Both the position numbers and the translations under genes were made by a program. A stretch of 64,000 nt of DNA from a virus. A model generated the notes under the pieces. The model saw only the letters and a program-made list of their open reading frames with translations. It was not told the DNA's origin and made no database searches. Numbering within the stretch: position 1 is the first letter of the stretch; every line of letters begins with the position of its first letter. This document shows, in pieces, positions 8,925-19,928 of the stretch. The stretch covers positions 7,546 to 71,545 of IMG/VR virus record IMGVR_UViG_3300037852_000102. One strand, 5' to 3'.

Positions 8925-10055
8925 CTATGGATCGATGATGATTCCTGCTGGCGCGGCGATCCCGCCGTACTTGCGGAAGCCGCTGGAGTTCTGCGTGATG
9001 CCGTCGAACACGCCGGGCGAGGACTGCGGTCCGAACTCGTTCTTGATGAACTGCGACGGGAAGTTTGGGTCCAGCACGCCGCCGCCCACATCGTAGCCGT
9101 AGCACGTCGCCGTCGTCAGAGTCGATCCGTTCGCCGTCTTGTGCTGGTTGCGCTCCGCGATCAGGTTCCAGCACTCTCCGCCGGAGATGTTGACGTGAAC
9201 GAACGACGGCATGAACGTGCCGCCGGACGCCTGCGCGAGCGGGTGCGCGGTGTTCCAGTCGCTGCTGCTGTACATCTGGGAGAGGAAACGATTCCGCTCC
9301 CAGCGCCAGTTGCGGCTGCGGACGACGCTCATGCCCCAGCCCCAATTGTCCTGTATCTCGTTCATCTCGATGCGGCCCATCTGCGGCGGCCCTTCCACCG
9401 TGTCGATCATGATGCCGCCGACGCCGTTGTACGAGAACACGTTGTTGATGATCTCGCACTGGCCGGTGGTGAGCCGCAGGCCGATGCCGTGGTTCTGGAT
9501 CGACTGCGAGTAGGCAATCTTGAGACCGGCGGGACTCTGGCCAGCGCCGAAGTCCATGCCGTTGCCGTAGCACTGCTGGACGTAGCAGTGCTCGATGTCG
9601 AGGCCGTAGCACTGGTATACGTCGCTGAGCGACGGATTGATGTCCGGCCGCCACGGCGTCATGATCCCGCTCTGGAAACCGTTCGGGAGCCAGACGCGCT
9701 TGAGGGAGGCGAAGAACGCGGCCGTCAGGCTGATCCCGTTCAGCGACCGACCGGGAGCCGGACGCAGCACCACGTCCTGAATCAGGTGGCCGAGGCTATA
9801 CCTACCGGAGCCCGCCGTGTCGTTCTGGATCAGCGCGCGGTTCATGCCGCCATCGCTGTCGAAGTCGCCGATCAATGTGGTGCGGAAACCCGGTGCCCCG
9901 ATCAGCGCGCCGCCGCTGTCGGTCGAGGTCGCGGCAACCACGCCGACCGGAGCGGTCACGCGGATCGTTCCGGCAGGCAGCGGCGTCCCGCTGCGGTAGG
10001 CGTCGTTCACTGGCCCGGTCTGGTCGAGAACTCCGCCGTCTGCGATGACCGTCAT
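8925..10055 (-). CDS. Right-handed beta-helix protein (pectate-lyase-like depolymerase/tailspike)
   Basis: Repeated IEHCYVQQCYGNGM / IQNHGIGL / SYNGVGGI / DNWGWGM rungs. Confidence 0.75.
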   Translation of the reverse strand: MTVIADGGVLDQTGPVNDAYRSGTPLPAGTIRVTAPVGVVAATSTDSGGALIGAPGFRTTLIGDFDSDGGMNRALIQNDTAGSGRYSLGHLIQDVVLRPAPGRSLNGISLTAAFFASLKRVWLPNGFQSGIMTPWRPDINPSLSDVYQCYGLDIEHCYVQQCYGNGMDFGAGQSPAGLKIAYSQSIQNHGIGLRLTTGQCEIINNVFSYNGVGGIMIDTVEGPPQMGRIEMNEIQDNWGWGMSVVRSRNWRWERNRFLSQMYSSSDWNTAHPLAQASGGTFMPSFVHVNISGGECWNLIAERNQHKTANGSTLTTATCYGYDVGGGVLDPNFPSQFIKNEFGPQSSPGVFDGITQNSSGFRKYGGIAAPAGIIIDP

Positions 10056-10058
10056 CGT

Positions 10059-13028
10059 CTACCCCGTTCTTTCAAATGCAAAAGCCGCGAAATTATCGTT
10101 GCTCGGTTCAAGGCTCGCCGTACTGCCGCAAACCCAATTGATCGTGTCACCTGTCAGCGACGAACCGCCAATGGTAAGTTGTGTTGTTGAGGCTGTCACG
10201 GTCAAAGACGCGATAGCCGTTCCCGATGATGCCACGCAACGCGGTGCAGCGCCCCACGTCTTGCCGAAGTTGATGACGCAGGAAGTAAGAACGCCGGTGC
10301 CAGCGATGACGGTGCCGAAGTTGTCCCCGCCGGAAACGGTCGGCGAGGTACCGCAGCTTGAGACTGCTGGCGTGGTTCCGGTTCCTGCCAGCAAGTGAGT
10401 ATTTGCCAAGATGGCACCAATGCCGGGATCGCCCACCGATGCGCCGACGCCAAATCCGCCGCTCGCAAATACCGTAGCTGCCGTCGTGAGGTTATTGTGC
10501 GTTCCGGAAGGAGTTGTCTTGAACGCAATGAAGGCGCTGCTGTCCGTGCCGCTTTGCGTGTTGAGCGTGTTGTAGGTGATGAAGGCATTTGAGATGTAGC
10601 TCGTGCCGTCATAGGCCTGTCCGCCGAAACCAGCATATTCTTTACTACCGCTGCCTGCGGTTGGCGCTGCCGCTGTACCTTGGGCGTAGCGGAGGAAGTT
10701 AATGATTTCTCCCGACCCGAACATATCGATGGTTATGCCGGGCAGCCCCGATCCAGTAGCACCGACTAAATGTAGCTGTTGGCCTGAATTTGCGGCAACT
10801 GCAGTCGCCGCAGAATTACTGTTGATAGTGAGCAACGCGTCGGGAGTGACGTTGGCTCCGATTTCCCAAAGCTGCCCGGTCGAGATGCTGCCAGCGAAGG
10901 TCGAGCCGTTGCTCTGGAACGTCAGCGCGCCCGATGCGGTGTGGATCGGTGACGAGATCGACGTTGAGGCCGTGATCGCGGTTCCGGCGATAGTCCCGCC
11001 GCCCGTGATGTTGTTGCCCCCCATCGCGATGGCACCGCCAGCGGTGAAAGCATTGATCGTAGTCGGCGATATCGTTCCGAACGTCTGCGTCCCGGTGAAG
11101 GTCTGCGCTGCGTCGGTTCGTGCAATCGTGGCGCTAGTCGTCGGGAACGTCATCGTGGTGGTGTCGGTGCCGGCCAGCGTGATCGAGTTGTTGAAGGTCA
11201 GGGTCTTTCCAGCAGCGCCGGTCAGCGTGTAGGTGCCAGTTGTGAACGTATTGCCGTTGATGGTAGTCGATGAGAGAGCTGCTAGACCATTGATGCTGTT
11301 GCTATTGCCGACGATGCTGCCGCCGAGGGTAAATCCGTTTATGGTCGTTGCCGCCAGCGTCGCAACCGTGGTCGTGCCGGCGATAGACTGCCCGCCAGCG
11401 GTTGTGACGCACGTCGGGCACGCGATGGTGCCAGTGGTCGTGATTGTGCCGCCCGTAATTGGGCCAGTGGTCGCGATACTGGTGACGCCGGTGCCGGGGG
11501 GCGTGACCCATGTTCCATCGCCACGCCAATATGTAGATGACGATGCTGACGTTCCACTGTTGAGATTCGCAACCGGTAGATTTCCAACGACGCCGCCGTT
11601 GACGTTGCCAGCCGCGAGATTGACCGCCGACATGTTCGCGCCGGGGATCATGCCAGTCCACGTCACGTTCGACGCGGAGATCGTGACGCCGGTTGAGAGC
11701 GTGCCGCTCGATGGCGTTCCCAGCGCGGGCGTCGTCAGCACCATGTTGACCGCCGCAATTCCACTCGGCAGCGTTGTCGAGGCTTGCAAGACGCCGCCGG
11801 AGCTGAATGACACGACCGAACTATTCACCGCCGCGAGCGCGCCCAGCGTGCCGCCTGAGGTCGCATTGTAGAGAATGCCGGGGCCGCCAGAGACCGTCGT
11901 GCTGCCGACCGTCACGCTTGAGGCCGCCGCCGTGATCGTCTTGGTGTCGCCGAGGTTGACCGTCGTGCCATTCAGGACGAATGACGAGTTGACCAACCCG
12001 GCGTTGCCGAGCTGCGCATACTGCGGACATGCCGTGCTCTGCGAAACGAGGGCCAGCCCCGACGAACCTGCGCTGGTCGGCACGGTGTTCATCGCGCTCG
12101 TGCCAGCGCCGCACAGCAGGTAACCCGTCGTCAGCGAGGCTAGCCCTGAGCCGCCGCTCGGCACGCCAAGCGGGGCCAGAGGAAGAGAGAGCACGCCAGC
12201 GCCGGTTAGCTGCATCCCGTTGACGAGCGCGTTCTGCGCGGACCCGCTCGAACCGGCTGGCGCGATCTGGAATATGATGCCCCCACCCGCTCCGGTGCCG
12301 GTGCCCTGAGACCCCGCGATGATCCGATTCGCACCTGCCGTGTTCGACGTTCCCGCAATGACATTCTGCACGATGCTGGTTTGTGCTACCGGCGCGGCGG
12401 CATCCGGCGCTCCGAACCGTAGTGTTCCGGCGCTGACCCGCTCAATAAACGTGTCACGGTTCGCGTTGCCCGGACCAAAGGCCACGCTCGGAATGTCGGT
12501 TGCGTTCATGCCGACGCGAACGCGCGCCACCGTATCGCCAGCAATTTGCGCGTACCAGCCGGGCGACGAAGCCGACGCCCCCTGATTGGTCTGCTGCGCT
12601 AGGAATGTGTTGGCGACGGTGAAATCAAAACTGATCGTAGCAACGCCGCCCGAAAAATTCGCGAGGATCGGCGACGTGCCGATAAGTGACGCGCTCGAAA
12701 TCGTCGGCGTGTAGGTGTGCGCCGTGCGGTCCAGAAACCCGCTCACAACGTATTGCGTGCCGTCGAACATCGAAATCGGCGACGGGTTCACACCCGTCTG
12801 AGCCCACATCGAAAACGTGACCGGAGACGGCGGCTGCGTGGTCCCCGCGAACATCGACAGGATATTATTGATGTCGGTCGCCGCCGCAGCGAAGTTGCCG
12901 CGGATCGGCGCGGACGCTGTCGGCGATCCCTGCGCAGGAATAGCCGGATTGATCGTGCTGCCGCCCGCGAGCGCCGACCCGATGGAAACCAAAAGCGCAA
13001 CGACCGCGCCAAAAACCCGATTCATCAT
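10059..13028 (-). CDS. Large Gly/Thr/Ser-rich fibre-like protein with N-terminal signal peptide
   Basis: [27 protein letters not shown] fibre motifs; follows the tail-fibre gene. Confidence 0.75.
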   Translation of the reverse strand: MMNRVFGAVVALLVSIGSALAGGSTINPAIPAQGSPTASAPIRGNFAAAATDINNILSMFAGTTQPPSPVTFSMWAQTGVNPSPISMFDGTQYVVSGFLDRTAHTYTPTISSASLIGTSPILANFSGGVATISFDFTVANTFLAQQTNQGASASSPGWYAQIAGDTVARVRVGMNATDIPSVAFGPGNANRDTFIERVSAGTLRFGAPDAAAPVAQTSIVQNVIAGTSNTAGANRIIAGSQGTGTGAGGGIIFQIAPAGSSGSAQNALVNGMQLTGAGVLSLPLAPLGVPSGGSGLASLTTGYLLCGAGTSAMNTVPTSAGSSGLALVSQSTACPQYAQLGNAGLVNSSFVLNGTTVNLGDTKTITAAASSVTVGSTTVSGGPGILYNATSGGTLGALAAVNSSVVSFSSGGVLQASTTLPSGIAAVNMVLTTPALGTPSSGTLSTGVTISASNVTWTGMIPGANMSAVNLAAGNVNGGVVGNLPVANLNSGTSASSSTYWRGDGTWVTPPGTGVTSIATTGPITGGTITTTGTIACPTCVTTAGGQSIAGTTTVATLAATTINGFTLGGSIVGNSNSINGLAALSSTTINGNTFTTGTYTLTGAAGKTLTFNNSITLAGTDTTTMTFPTTSATIARTDAAQTFTGTQTFGTISPTTINAFTAGGAIAMGGNNITGGGTIAGTAITASTSISSPIHTASGALTFQSNGSTFAGSISTGQLWEIGANVTPDALLTINSNSAATAVAANSGQQLHLVGATGSGLPGITIDMFGSGEIINFLRYAQGTAAAPTAGSGSKEYAGFGGQAYDGTSYISNAFITYNTLNTQSGTDSSAFIAFKTTPSGTHNNLTTAATVFASGGFGVGASVGDPGIGAILANTHLLAGTGTTPAVSSCGTSPTVSGGDNFGTVIAGTGVLTSCVINFGKTWGAAPRCVASSGTAIASLTVTASTTQLTIGGSSLTGDTINWVCGSTASLEPSNDNFAAFAFERTG

Positions 13029-13073
13029 TTCATTCGTTCCCAAAAAGTCACCCGGCTTTTAGGGGTCGAAAGT

Positions 13074-15464
13074 CTAGAACAGCCTGCGCCTTGGATCGCG
13101 CCAGCCTTGAGTATAGATGCTAATGGGGATGCCCGCTGCACTGGCACGTACCCCGATTTGGGCTGCCGTATTTGTGACCCGAGAAAAATCGCCAGCCGCC
13201 GCGCCGTTGGCAGTTGTTTGGATCAAGTCTCCGGGAGAACCTACATTCGTCACGGCAACATCATTTTGATATAGCGACGTGAACAGTATGCCAGCAAAGC
13301 CGCCCGGGCTGTTGATCGCGGCTTGGAAATGCGCGGTGACGGCGACGCCATTGGGGACTCCCGTCAGGACTTGCGAAATCCGAGACGTTCCGACTGTAAC
13401 GTTATTGTTGGCCGCTGCTGCCAAAATGAACTCATCACCAATTTGAAGCATCGACAAGATGTTGGCGGACCCATCGGTGAGGAACGAGCCGAGGCACTGC
13501 TTGGTAGTGAAGCTGGCAGGCAGCGTCGGCGTTGGATACGACTGCGACGCCAGAATGTCGAACCCGTCCACCAGCGCAGTTGTCGCCGGAGCGCCGGACG
13601 ACACGTTGCCGCCAGCGTTCGACCAAGTGATGCTGTTGGTGGTGACCGCAGTAGCGATCTGGAATCCGTCGAACCCGCCGCCGAACCCCTGTGTGCGGAA
13701 CTGACTTCCGACGCCCAGCCCGTGATTGGCAATCGTCATGCTCGCGACGTTCGAGGCGCGCGACACCGCCGTGGGCACCATCCCGGTCTTACCGATCAGG
13801 TAGATGTGCCACGTCTGATTCGGTCCCTTGGTCGAAGCATCGCACGCGCCGTTGTTCGTACCGCCCGCCCACGATTGATCGAGTCGCTTGGTCATCCCGG
13901 CGAGGATCATTTGCAGATTGGTGAGATTCTGATCGTCGCGAACGCTGCCGGTCGTCACGTTGAACGCATAGGTGGGATTCGTCGCGTCGTTTTGAATGCG
14001 CAGATTGTCGACGGGCTGAATCGAGCAATAGGGGAACGGCGCACCGGCCACGCTCAACATCTGCGGCGTGATCGTCGCAGGCTGCACGGTGAGCGCGCCC
14101 GTGCCATCGGTGCCAAGCGTCAACCCGTTGTTGGTAGTGAGGTTGCCAGCGCCGTCATTCTTGAGGAACGCGCCGATGTTCATGGTGGCGAGTTGCCCAA
14201 GCTGGGCGCTCTGGATCAGGTACACCGTGCCGGTCCAGATCACGGAGACGAACTCGCCTACCGTGAGTTCGCCGCCGGTCAGCGGCACAGGGCCGGTTTT
14301 GTTGATCGCCGACACGCCAGTGCCGTCCACGTTGAGCGTGGTGGCTCCCGTGTTAGGTCCGGGGCCAACCGTAAACGTGACGATCTGGCCGGGTGTCTTG
14401 GCAAAACCAGCCGGAGTCGTGGTGGCGACCACCTGCGCATTTGCCGCCCCCGTGGACGTGCCGCCCGCGAACTGCGACGTGCTCGCGCCCACAACCGAAG
14501 TCCACACCGCCGTCGATGTCGTGCCCGTGGTGGTGCAGATGTAAAGCAGCTTGTTCGTGGTGTCCCAGCACTGATCTGGCGCACCGTTGACGTTGGCATT
14601 ACCGGCCACGTTGCCGTTCGGATTGCCTGCATTTTGCCTGATGGCACTGATTCCGCCGGTCGTGTTCGACGCTGGCATGTTGGTGAGCGGCAGTTGATTC
14701 TTGACCTCGGCGGTGAGGTCGATCTGCGGCGCTTGGCCCGCGATGCCCTTGTGGTGCTGATTGAGCAGGCCAGCGATGAACGGTGCGCCCGGATAGTTCG
14801 ACGGCACGTTGCTGCCGACCGATGGTCCCGCGACCAAAATCTGGCCCGACGTGATCTGCGTTTGCCCGAACGTCAGATCGACAAGATACATCGGAACCCA
14901 GCCGGTGGTCGGCGTCGGCGGCACCTCGCTGCCGGTCGTGGCAACCGATCCATAGAGCACCTGAATCGCAACGGTCCCGAGCCGCACGGTCGGCTGTATC
15001 TGGCCGTCGTTGTTCGGGCCTTGGAACGGCTGCGATGGATTGGTGGAATTGTAATAGAGCAAGAGGCCGCCGGTCGGATCGCCGGTCGCAACCTGATCGA
15101 CCTGTGCGAACTGCGCTTGCACCAGCGCCCAGCGGCTCTGCCCGCCCGCCAGCCCCGAGGTTGTCAACGCCACCTGCTGAGTCGCCGCGAGGCCCTGCTG
15201 CTGAATGATCTGCGTATCCGACGCCAGCGCGCCGTAAGACGTGGAATCCACCGCCGACTGCTGATAGATGCTGCCCGCCGCTAGGTTGATGGTCAGCGTG
15301 GCGGGTGAGGTCGGCGTGGCACCGAAACCAGCGAGTTGCGCGCCAATCGTGCCGGAAAGGTCTTGCTCCAATTGGCACAGCGCGATCAGCGCATCGCGCA
15401 GACCCCACAGGATGTCGAACGTGCGACCCTGTTCCTCGGAGTATAGAATCGGTCGGTCGACCAT
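13074..15464 (-). CDS. Tail fibre protein
   Basis: Directly after the baseplate genes; NPNGNVAG, NTGATTLNVDG fibre motifs. Confidence 0.8.
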   Translation of the reverse strand: MVDRPILYSEEQGRTFDILWGLRDALIALCQLEQDLSGTIGAQLAGFGATPTSPATLTINLAAGSIYQQSAVDSTSYGALASDTQIIQQQGLAATQQVALTTSGLAGGQSRWALVQAQFAQVDQVATGDPTGGLLLYYNSTNPSQPFQGPNNDGQIQPTVRLGTVAIQVLYGSVATTGSEVPPTPTTGWVPMYLVDLTFGQTQITSGQILVAGPSVGSNVPSNYPGAPFIAGLLNQHHKGIAGQAPQIDLTAEVKNQLPLTNMPASNTTGGISAIRQNAGNPNGNVAGNANVNGAPDQCWDTTNKLLYICTTTGTTSTAVWTSVVGASTSQFAGGTSTGAANAQVVATTTPAGFAKTPGQIVTFTVGPGPNTGATTLNVDGTGVSAINKTGPVPLTGGELTVGEFVSVIWTGTVYLIQSAQLGQLATMNIGAFLKNDGAGNLTTNNGLTLGTDGTGALTVQPATITPQMLSVAGAPFPYCSIQPVDNLRIQNDATNPTYAFNVTTGSVRDDQNLTNLQMILAGMTKRLDQSWAGGTNNGACDASTKGPNQTWHIYLIGKTGMVPTAVSRASNVASMTIANHGLGVGSQFRTQGFGGGFDGFQIATAVTTNSITWSNAGGNVSSGAPATTALVDGFDILASQSYPTPTLPASFTTKQCLGSFLTDGSANILSMLQIGDEFILAAAANNNVTVGTSRISQVLTGVPNGVAVTAHFQAAINSPGGFAGILFTSLYQNDVAVTNVGSPGDLIQTTANGAAAGDFSRVTNTAAQIGVRASAAGIPISIYTQGWRDPRRRLF

Positions 15465-15518
15465 GCGCGCCCCCTACGTCCCTCTAGATCAAATACCCTA
15501 CCCGGCAGCGAAACGCTA

Positions 15519-16310
15519 CTAGCTCCACGACAACCCAGCCTGATCCCAGTTTTGGCCGCTATCCCAGCTTGGCGCAGGCGCAGGCACGAACTTGACCCAC
15601 GCAATCGTCCCCTCACACTTGGTCTGATTGATCGCGTTATACACGACCTGCGGCCCAAGCGTTACCGATGGTTCAAGGTCGATCAGTGACGAGCCCGGGC
15701 TATCCCAAAAGAAAATCGAATCGTAGCACGGCACCGGATTCCCATTGAGCAGCGCGGGCGTGGGCAACACGCACTCCAAAAAACCCTGATAGGCGAGATT
15801 GCGTTGCGCTGGAATCGCCGATCCGGTCCAGCGGAACGGCGTGCGCGCGTTGTCCACGTCCCAGTAGAAATGCCCCCATGCGCCCGTGTCGGCGGGCCGC
15901 CATGGTTCGATGATCCGCGGCGCGTAGCCGGTCACGGCCTCCACAGCGGCGCTGATCGCGGCTCGGGTCGCGCGCGGCTGCAGCATCGCCGCGGTCAGCC
16001 GCACACGATACGACGCATCCGATTCGCCCGGATTGCGCGGCACCGCGTAAAGCCCGCTACCGAAATAATCCAGCGAGGCGAGGTCCAGCGCGCCGTTGAT
16101 CGCCGTCTGGATTCGGGTCGCGGCCAGCGAATAGATCAGCCCGCCGTTCTCGAATGACAGGCCGCCGCCGATCATCCCCATGACGGCATAGAGCACGCCG
16201 CCCGGCGATTTGGCTTCCGGCGACGACCACCCCGGCGGGAACAGCGCCGCCATCCGATTTGCGTAATCGGTGGCCGATAGCGGCGGGATGGTGGTGGGAA
16301 GCGTGCCCAT
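15519..16310 (-). CDS. Baseplate wedge protein (gpI-like)
   Basis: ATRIQTA...LDLASLDYFG...RNPGESDASYR; follows gpJ. Confidence 0.8.
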   Translation of the reverse strand: MGTLPTTIPPLSATDYANRMAALFPPGWSSPEAKSPGGVLYAVMGMIGGGLSFENGGLIYSLAATRIQTAINGALDLASLDYFGSGLYAVPRNPGESDASYRVRLTAAMLQPRATRAAISAAVEAVTGYAPRIIEPWRPADTGAWGHFYWDVDNARTPFRWTGSAIPAQRNLAYQGFLECVLPTPALLNGNPVPCYDSIFFWDSPGSSLIDLEPSVTLGPQVVYNAINQTKCEGTIAWVKFVPAPAPSWDSGQNWDQAGLSWS

Positions 16311-16313
16311 CGG

Positions 16314-17453
16314 TCAGTAGCTCGAAACTGTAACGTGATTCACATCGGTGCGCGTCGCTTGGAACCCGGTCACCGTCAAGTCTGCCGCGTGCCCGTTCAA
16401 CGTCGTCCCAGACTGCACCGCAACCACGCCCGACACCGCAAGCGCCGCCGCCTCCACCGTGCTCACGTAAAGCGACGACCCGATGCCGTTGCCGTTGATC
16501 GCGGTAATGACCGCATTGGCCGCCGCCGCCTCAACCTGCTGTGCATTCACTCCAGCCGCCAGCTTCACCGCGATCACCACGGAAACCTCGATCACGACCA
16601 CGGATACGACCTCGGGCATGATGGTGAACCCGCGCACCGCATCGACCGCAGAAAACACCGACGCCAGCAGGGACGACGGCGGCGATCCGGTCCCGTCGTC
16701 GACGGTCACGACGAACTCGCCCGGCCACGGATTGCCGTTAACGTCGACATTTTCCTGCAAGTTAAATTCGATGCCCTGCTGTACTCCCTCGATTGCCGAG
16801 ACGATGGCCCCATATGTCGCTTTCGACAGCGAGTTGAGGAACAGCACGAACCGATTGCGGAACGAGGTATCCGACTCGGCGTCGGCCCCGTTGGTGATCG
16901 GCACAAGGTTGGTGACCGAATCAGCGCCCGGGACGGGAGTGGCCACCTGCGCCAATTGCCCCACGGTGACGTTGTAGGCGCTCCCGGAAATCAGCGCCTC
17001 AGCCGTGGCGGTGAGGCTGCTCTGGCCGATCTGCAACACGTAGCCATTGAGCGCCGCGTTGAACGTCGGCTGATTCGTGTCCGCCGCCAGCGCGTATTGA
17101 ATCGCGCCGCCGACCGTCTGCACCACCATGCCGACTGGGTAGAGCACTTGCACGGCCGCGGGCGAGGCTTTCGACACCACCACCGGACCCTCGGCGAACT
17201 GGCCGGCCAGCCGCGTGAACCCGAATTGCGCATAAAACGTGTCTAGGTCGGCTCCCGTGGAGGTCTGCGCGCGCGCCACCGCGTTGACCAACTGCACCTG
17301 CGCCTGCAGGAATACGAGTTGCGCCGCGGTGGTCTGCATCAGCGCATAGAGCGCGTCGCCAGCCTGCAACGTCGGCTGAAACCCGAGCGACGCCGCCCAC
17401 GAGGCGGTCATATCGGAAACGAAGGTGTTAAAGTCCTTGGCCGGAATCCCCAT
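16314..17453 (-). CDS. Baseplate J-like protein
   Basis: TSTGADLD...FGFTRL, GSAYNV, NGADAESDTSFRNRF. Confidence 0.92.
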   Translation of the reverse strand: MGIPAKDFNTFVSDMTASWAASLGFQPTLQAGDALYALMQTTAAQLVFLQAQVQLVNAVARAQTSTGADLDTFYAQFGFTRLAGQFAEGPVVVSKASPAAVQVLYPVGMVVQTVGGAIQYALAADTNQPTFNAALNGYVLQIGQSSLTATAEALISGSAYNVTVGQLAQVATPVPGADSVTNLVPITNGADAESDTSFRNRFVLFLNSLSKATYGAIVSAIEGVQQGIEFNLQENVDVNGNPWPGEFVVTVDDGTGSPPSSLLASVFSAVDAVRGFTIMPEVVSVVVIEVSVVIAVKLAAGVNAQQVEAAAANAVITAINGNGIGSSLYVSTVEAAALAVSGVVAVQSGTTLNGHAADLTVTGFQATRTDVNHVTVSSY

Positions 17454-17866
17454 CACGACACCTTAAGCGAGATTGTCCCCGGCTGCCCGGTCAGCAGCGT
17501 CACCCCGATCACAATCCACAACGTCGCCGGGTTCGGTCGCTCGAACACGATGGACGGCGGAATCGTGGTGTTCACGTCCTCGTCCTCTAGCACACCCTGC
17601 GCGATCTTGCGCTCCACCTCGGATTCATAGTTCTGGTTTAGCGCCTGATCCACCAGCGAGCCGAGGCCGATTCCGAAATCCTGATTGAACACATCATCGG
17701 CGGGAGTGAACGTCTGGTCCGGCAACCGCCGCGCCGGATTGGTGATGATGCGGCGGGTGATTCGCTGGCGAACCCGTGTCCAACCAACGGCAGGCTGGAT
17801 CGACCCCGATGGCGTCACCATCAGATCGCTGTTGAAATCGAGGCTGAAATCCGCGCCGTTGTTCAT
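17453..17866 (-). CDS. Baseplate wedge subunit (gpW/gp25-like)
   Basis: RQRITRRIITNP...DFGIGLG; lies between spike and gpJ. Confidence 0.8.
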   Translation of the reverse strand: MNNGADFSLDFNSDLMVTPSGSIQPAVGWTRVRQRITRRIITNPARRLPDQTFTPADDVFNQDFGIGLGSLVDQALNQNYESEVERKIAQGVLEDEDVNTTIPPSIVFERPNPATLWIVIGVTLLTGQPGTISLKVS

Positions 17867-18648
17867 TCGGCCTCCAAAACCGTCGTCAGTTGCGCGTCGG
17901 TCATTTGCTGGTTAGGCGGCTGCGCCGTTCCGCCCGAAACCGGATGCGTGTGCGCGTTGAACAGCGTCACGAACGCGGCGGTGACCAGCTTGTTCACGAG
18001 GCCGCCGACCGCGCCGATGCTTGATGCCGTCGCGGTGATCGCCAGACTGCCGAGCGCCGCCAGCGTGAGGTTGCCACTGGAATTGAGGGTGCAATCCCCT
18101 TCCGAGTTGACGGTGATCGCGCCCCGCGACGTGATCGACGTGGCCCCTTGTGTCGTGATGGCGAGGTCGCCTACCGCCGTCATATTCAGTTTTTCCAGCG
18201 ACGTGACCGTGATGCTTTTGTCGGTGGCCAGTTTGATCGACGAACCACCCTGCGCCTGCAGCCCGACCTCCCCCGGTTGCAGATCGGGGAACGGCGGCGC
18301 GTTGACCTGATTCCAGACCTGAGACGCCACCGCCTGCACACCCACCTGCCGGTCGATCCGCTGCACCACGCACAGTTCGCCGCCGGTCGGGTTTTGCTGG
18401 GTGGCCCCGCCCATCGGCGCGATCTGAATACCCCAGCCCGCGCCCGCGCCAATCGTCCCCAGCGGCATCCATGCGGTGAGCACCGGCGTACCGTCCTCGT
18501 CGCGCTGGCTCGGCAGCACGAGGCGAACGCGATGGGTCAGCGGGTCATACGACGCAATGTGGCCGTACACGAACGGCGCATAGCCGCCATCCTGCTGTTC
18601 CGATGCCAGCTTCATGTTGTGCAGAAACTCGTCAGCCGCTCTGCTCAT
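17863..18648 (-). CDS. Baseplate central spike (gpV-like)
   Basis: OB-fold N-terminus, beta-helix repeats, C-terminal HTH metal-binding motif (NAHTHP). Confidence 0.88.
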   Translation of the reverse strand: MSRAADEFLHNMKLASEQQDGGYAPFVYGHIASYDPLTHRVRLVLPSQRDEDGTPVLTAWMPLGTIGAGAGWGIQIAPMGGATQQNPTGGELCVVQRIDRQVGVQAVASQVWNQVNAPPFPDLQPGEVGLQAQGGSSIKLATDKSITVTSLEKLNMTAVGDLAITTQGATSITSRGAITVNSEGDCTLNSSGNLTLAALGSLAITATASSIGAVGGLVNKLVTAAFVTLFNAHTHPVSGGTAQPPNQQMTDAQLTTVLEAE

Positions 18649-19928
18649 TATCCCACCGGAGCCGGTTTGGTCGCCGCCTTGCCCTTACCCTCGGGCTGGC
18701 GGTCCAGCATCGTGAAACTCGTGTCGAACTTGCTGCCGCCTTTGCTGATACTAAACGCATGGTGGTAGGCCGTCACGTAATAGGTGTGGGTCGCGAACTC
18801 GGGATTGATCAGGCCGGAAAGCGTCGCCTGCTGGCCCGGGGCCATGCCGGGGATCACGTCGGCCTCGCACGCCGCCACCAACTCCCGCTTGGCGATGTCT
18901 GCTGCAATCGCTTCCGCGCGCGACTGCGCCTGCGACGCGGTGAGCCCGTCCATGTGGTAGGTGTAAATCGGGATGGCGTTTTTCTTGGAACCCGAACCCG
19001 TGCCGACCGCCTTTGCGATCTGCGACGCCTGCGCGCCGCCCCACGCGCCCGCGTGAACCGTGCCGCCGTCGCTCGTCGAATAGTTCGAGCCGATCACATA
19101 AGCCTGCCCCGTGGTGATCTGCGCCAGCGTCGGGTCATACGACAGCACCATCACCCGGAACGTCAGGTTGCGGCGCGGGTTGTGGGTCACGCGGCATTTG
19201 ATCAGCGGGATGCCGCCGCCGGTTTGCCGGTAGGTCAGCGCCAGCGTTTCCAGTCCGGCCCCGGGCTCGCCGAAAACCAGATGCTTTTCCGCGTTCACAT
19301 AGACGATGTTCCCGCTCTGCCGCGCCAGTTTCGTCAGGATGCCCCACAGCGTTTGCGGCGTGGAGGTCATGATCGTGTCGTCGGTGTTGCCGAAAATCGC
19401 GCCCACATCCGCATCGGCGTTGCTGATGTTCTGATTCAACCGCAGGTCCGGGATCAGGGAAAATTGCGTCGCGATGTTGGTCACGATCTGCGACAGCTTT
19501 TGGTTTTGCGTGCTCACGCCCGAGTCGGCGGTCTGATCCGGCGCAAGGGCTGCGCTCGAACCGCCCACCACATTGGTGAGCACCCGCTTTTGGTCAACGA
19601 GCGGCCCCGCCCAGTCCCGCGCGTGGATCGTCACCGAATCGTTGTCATAGTCGAAGTCGCCGGTGACGTACTCCCCGGAAAACAGATGCGTGTCGCCGAA
19701 CGCCTCGCTGTTCGGGTCGTCGTCGCTCACGTAAACGTCAATCGGCAGCGAGCCGGGCGCGGCGATGGACGCGGCCACGATGTCCACCCCAGCGTCGGCC
19801 ATGGCCTTGATGCTGGACGTTCCCACGAGGCTCCCCGTCGATCCGTAGGCCCCTCCGGTCACGGTGAACGAATCAGTTGGCAACTGGCCGCCGCTGCCCC
19901 CGACGATCAGGCGCGGGATTACGGTCAT
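18648..19928 (-). CDS. Baseplate hub (gpD/Mu gp44-like)
   Basis: TIHARDWAG, WGILTKLA, YVTAYHHAFS; synteny. Confidence 0.82.
   Translation of the reverse strand: MTVIPRLIVGGSGGQLPTDSFTVTGGAYGSTGSLVGTSSIKAMADAGVDIVAASIAAPGSLPIDVYVSDDDPNSEAFGDTHLFSGEYVTGDFDYDNDSVTIHARDWAGPLVDQKRVLTNVVGGSSAALAPDQTADSGVSTQNQKLSQIVTNIATQFSLIPDLRLNQNISNADADVGAIFGNTDDTIMTSTPQTLWGILTKLARQSGNIVYVNAEKHLVFGEPGAGLETLALTYRQTGGGIPLIKCRVTHNPRRNLTFRVMVLSYDPTLAQITTGQAYVIGSNYSTSDGGTVHAGAWGGAQASQIAKAVGTGSGSKKNAIPIYTYHMDGLTASQAQSRAEAIAADIAKRELVAACEADVIPGMAPGQQATLSGLINPEFATHTYYVTAYHHAFSISKGGSKFDTSFTMLDRQPEGKGKAATKPAPVG

Noticed and set aside
13074-13460. Lower-GC fibre C-terminus as a possible DGR variable region
   Set aside because: No template repeat or reverse transcriptase seen in the window; ordinary module swapping suffices
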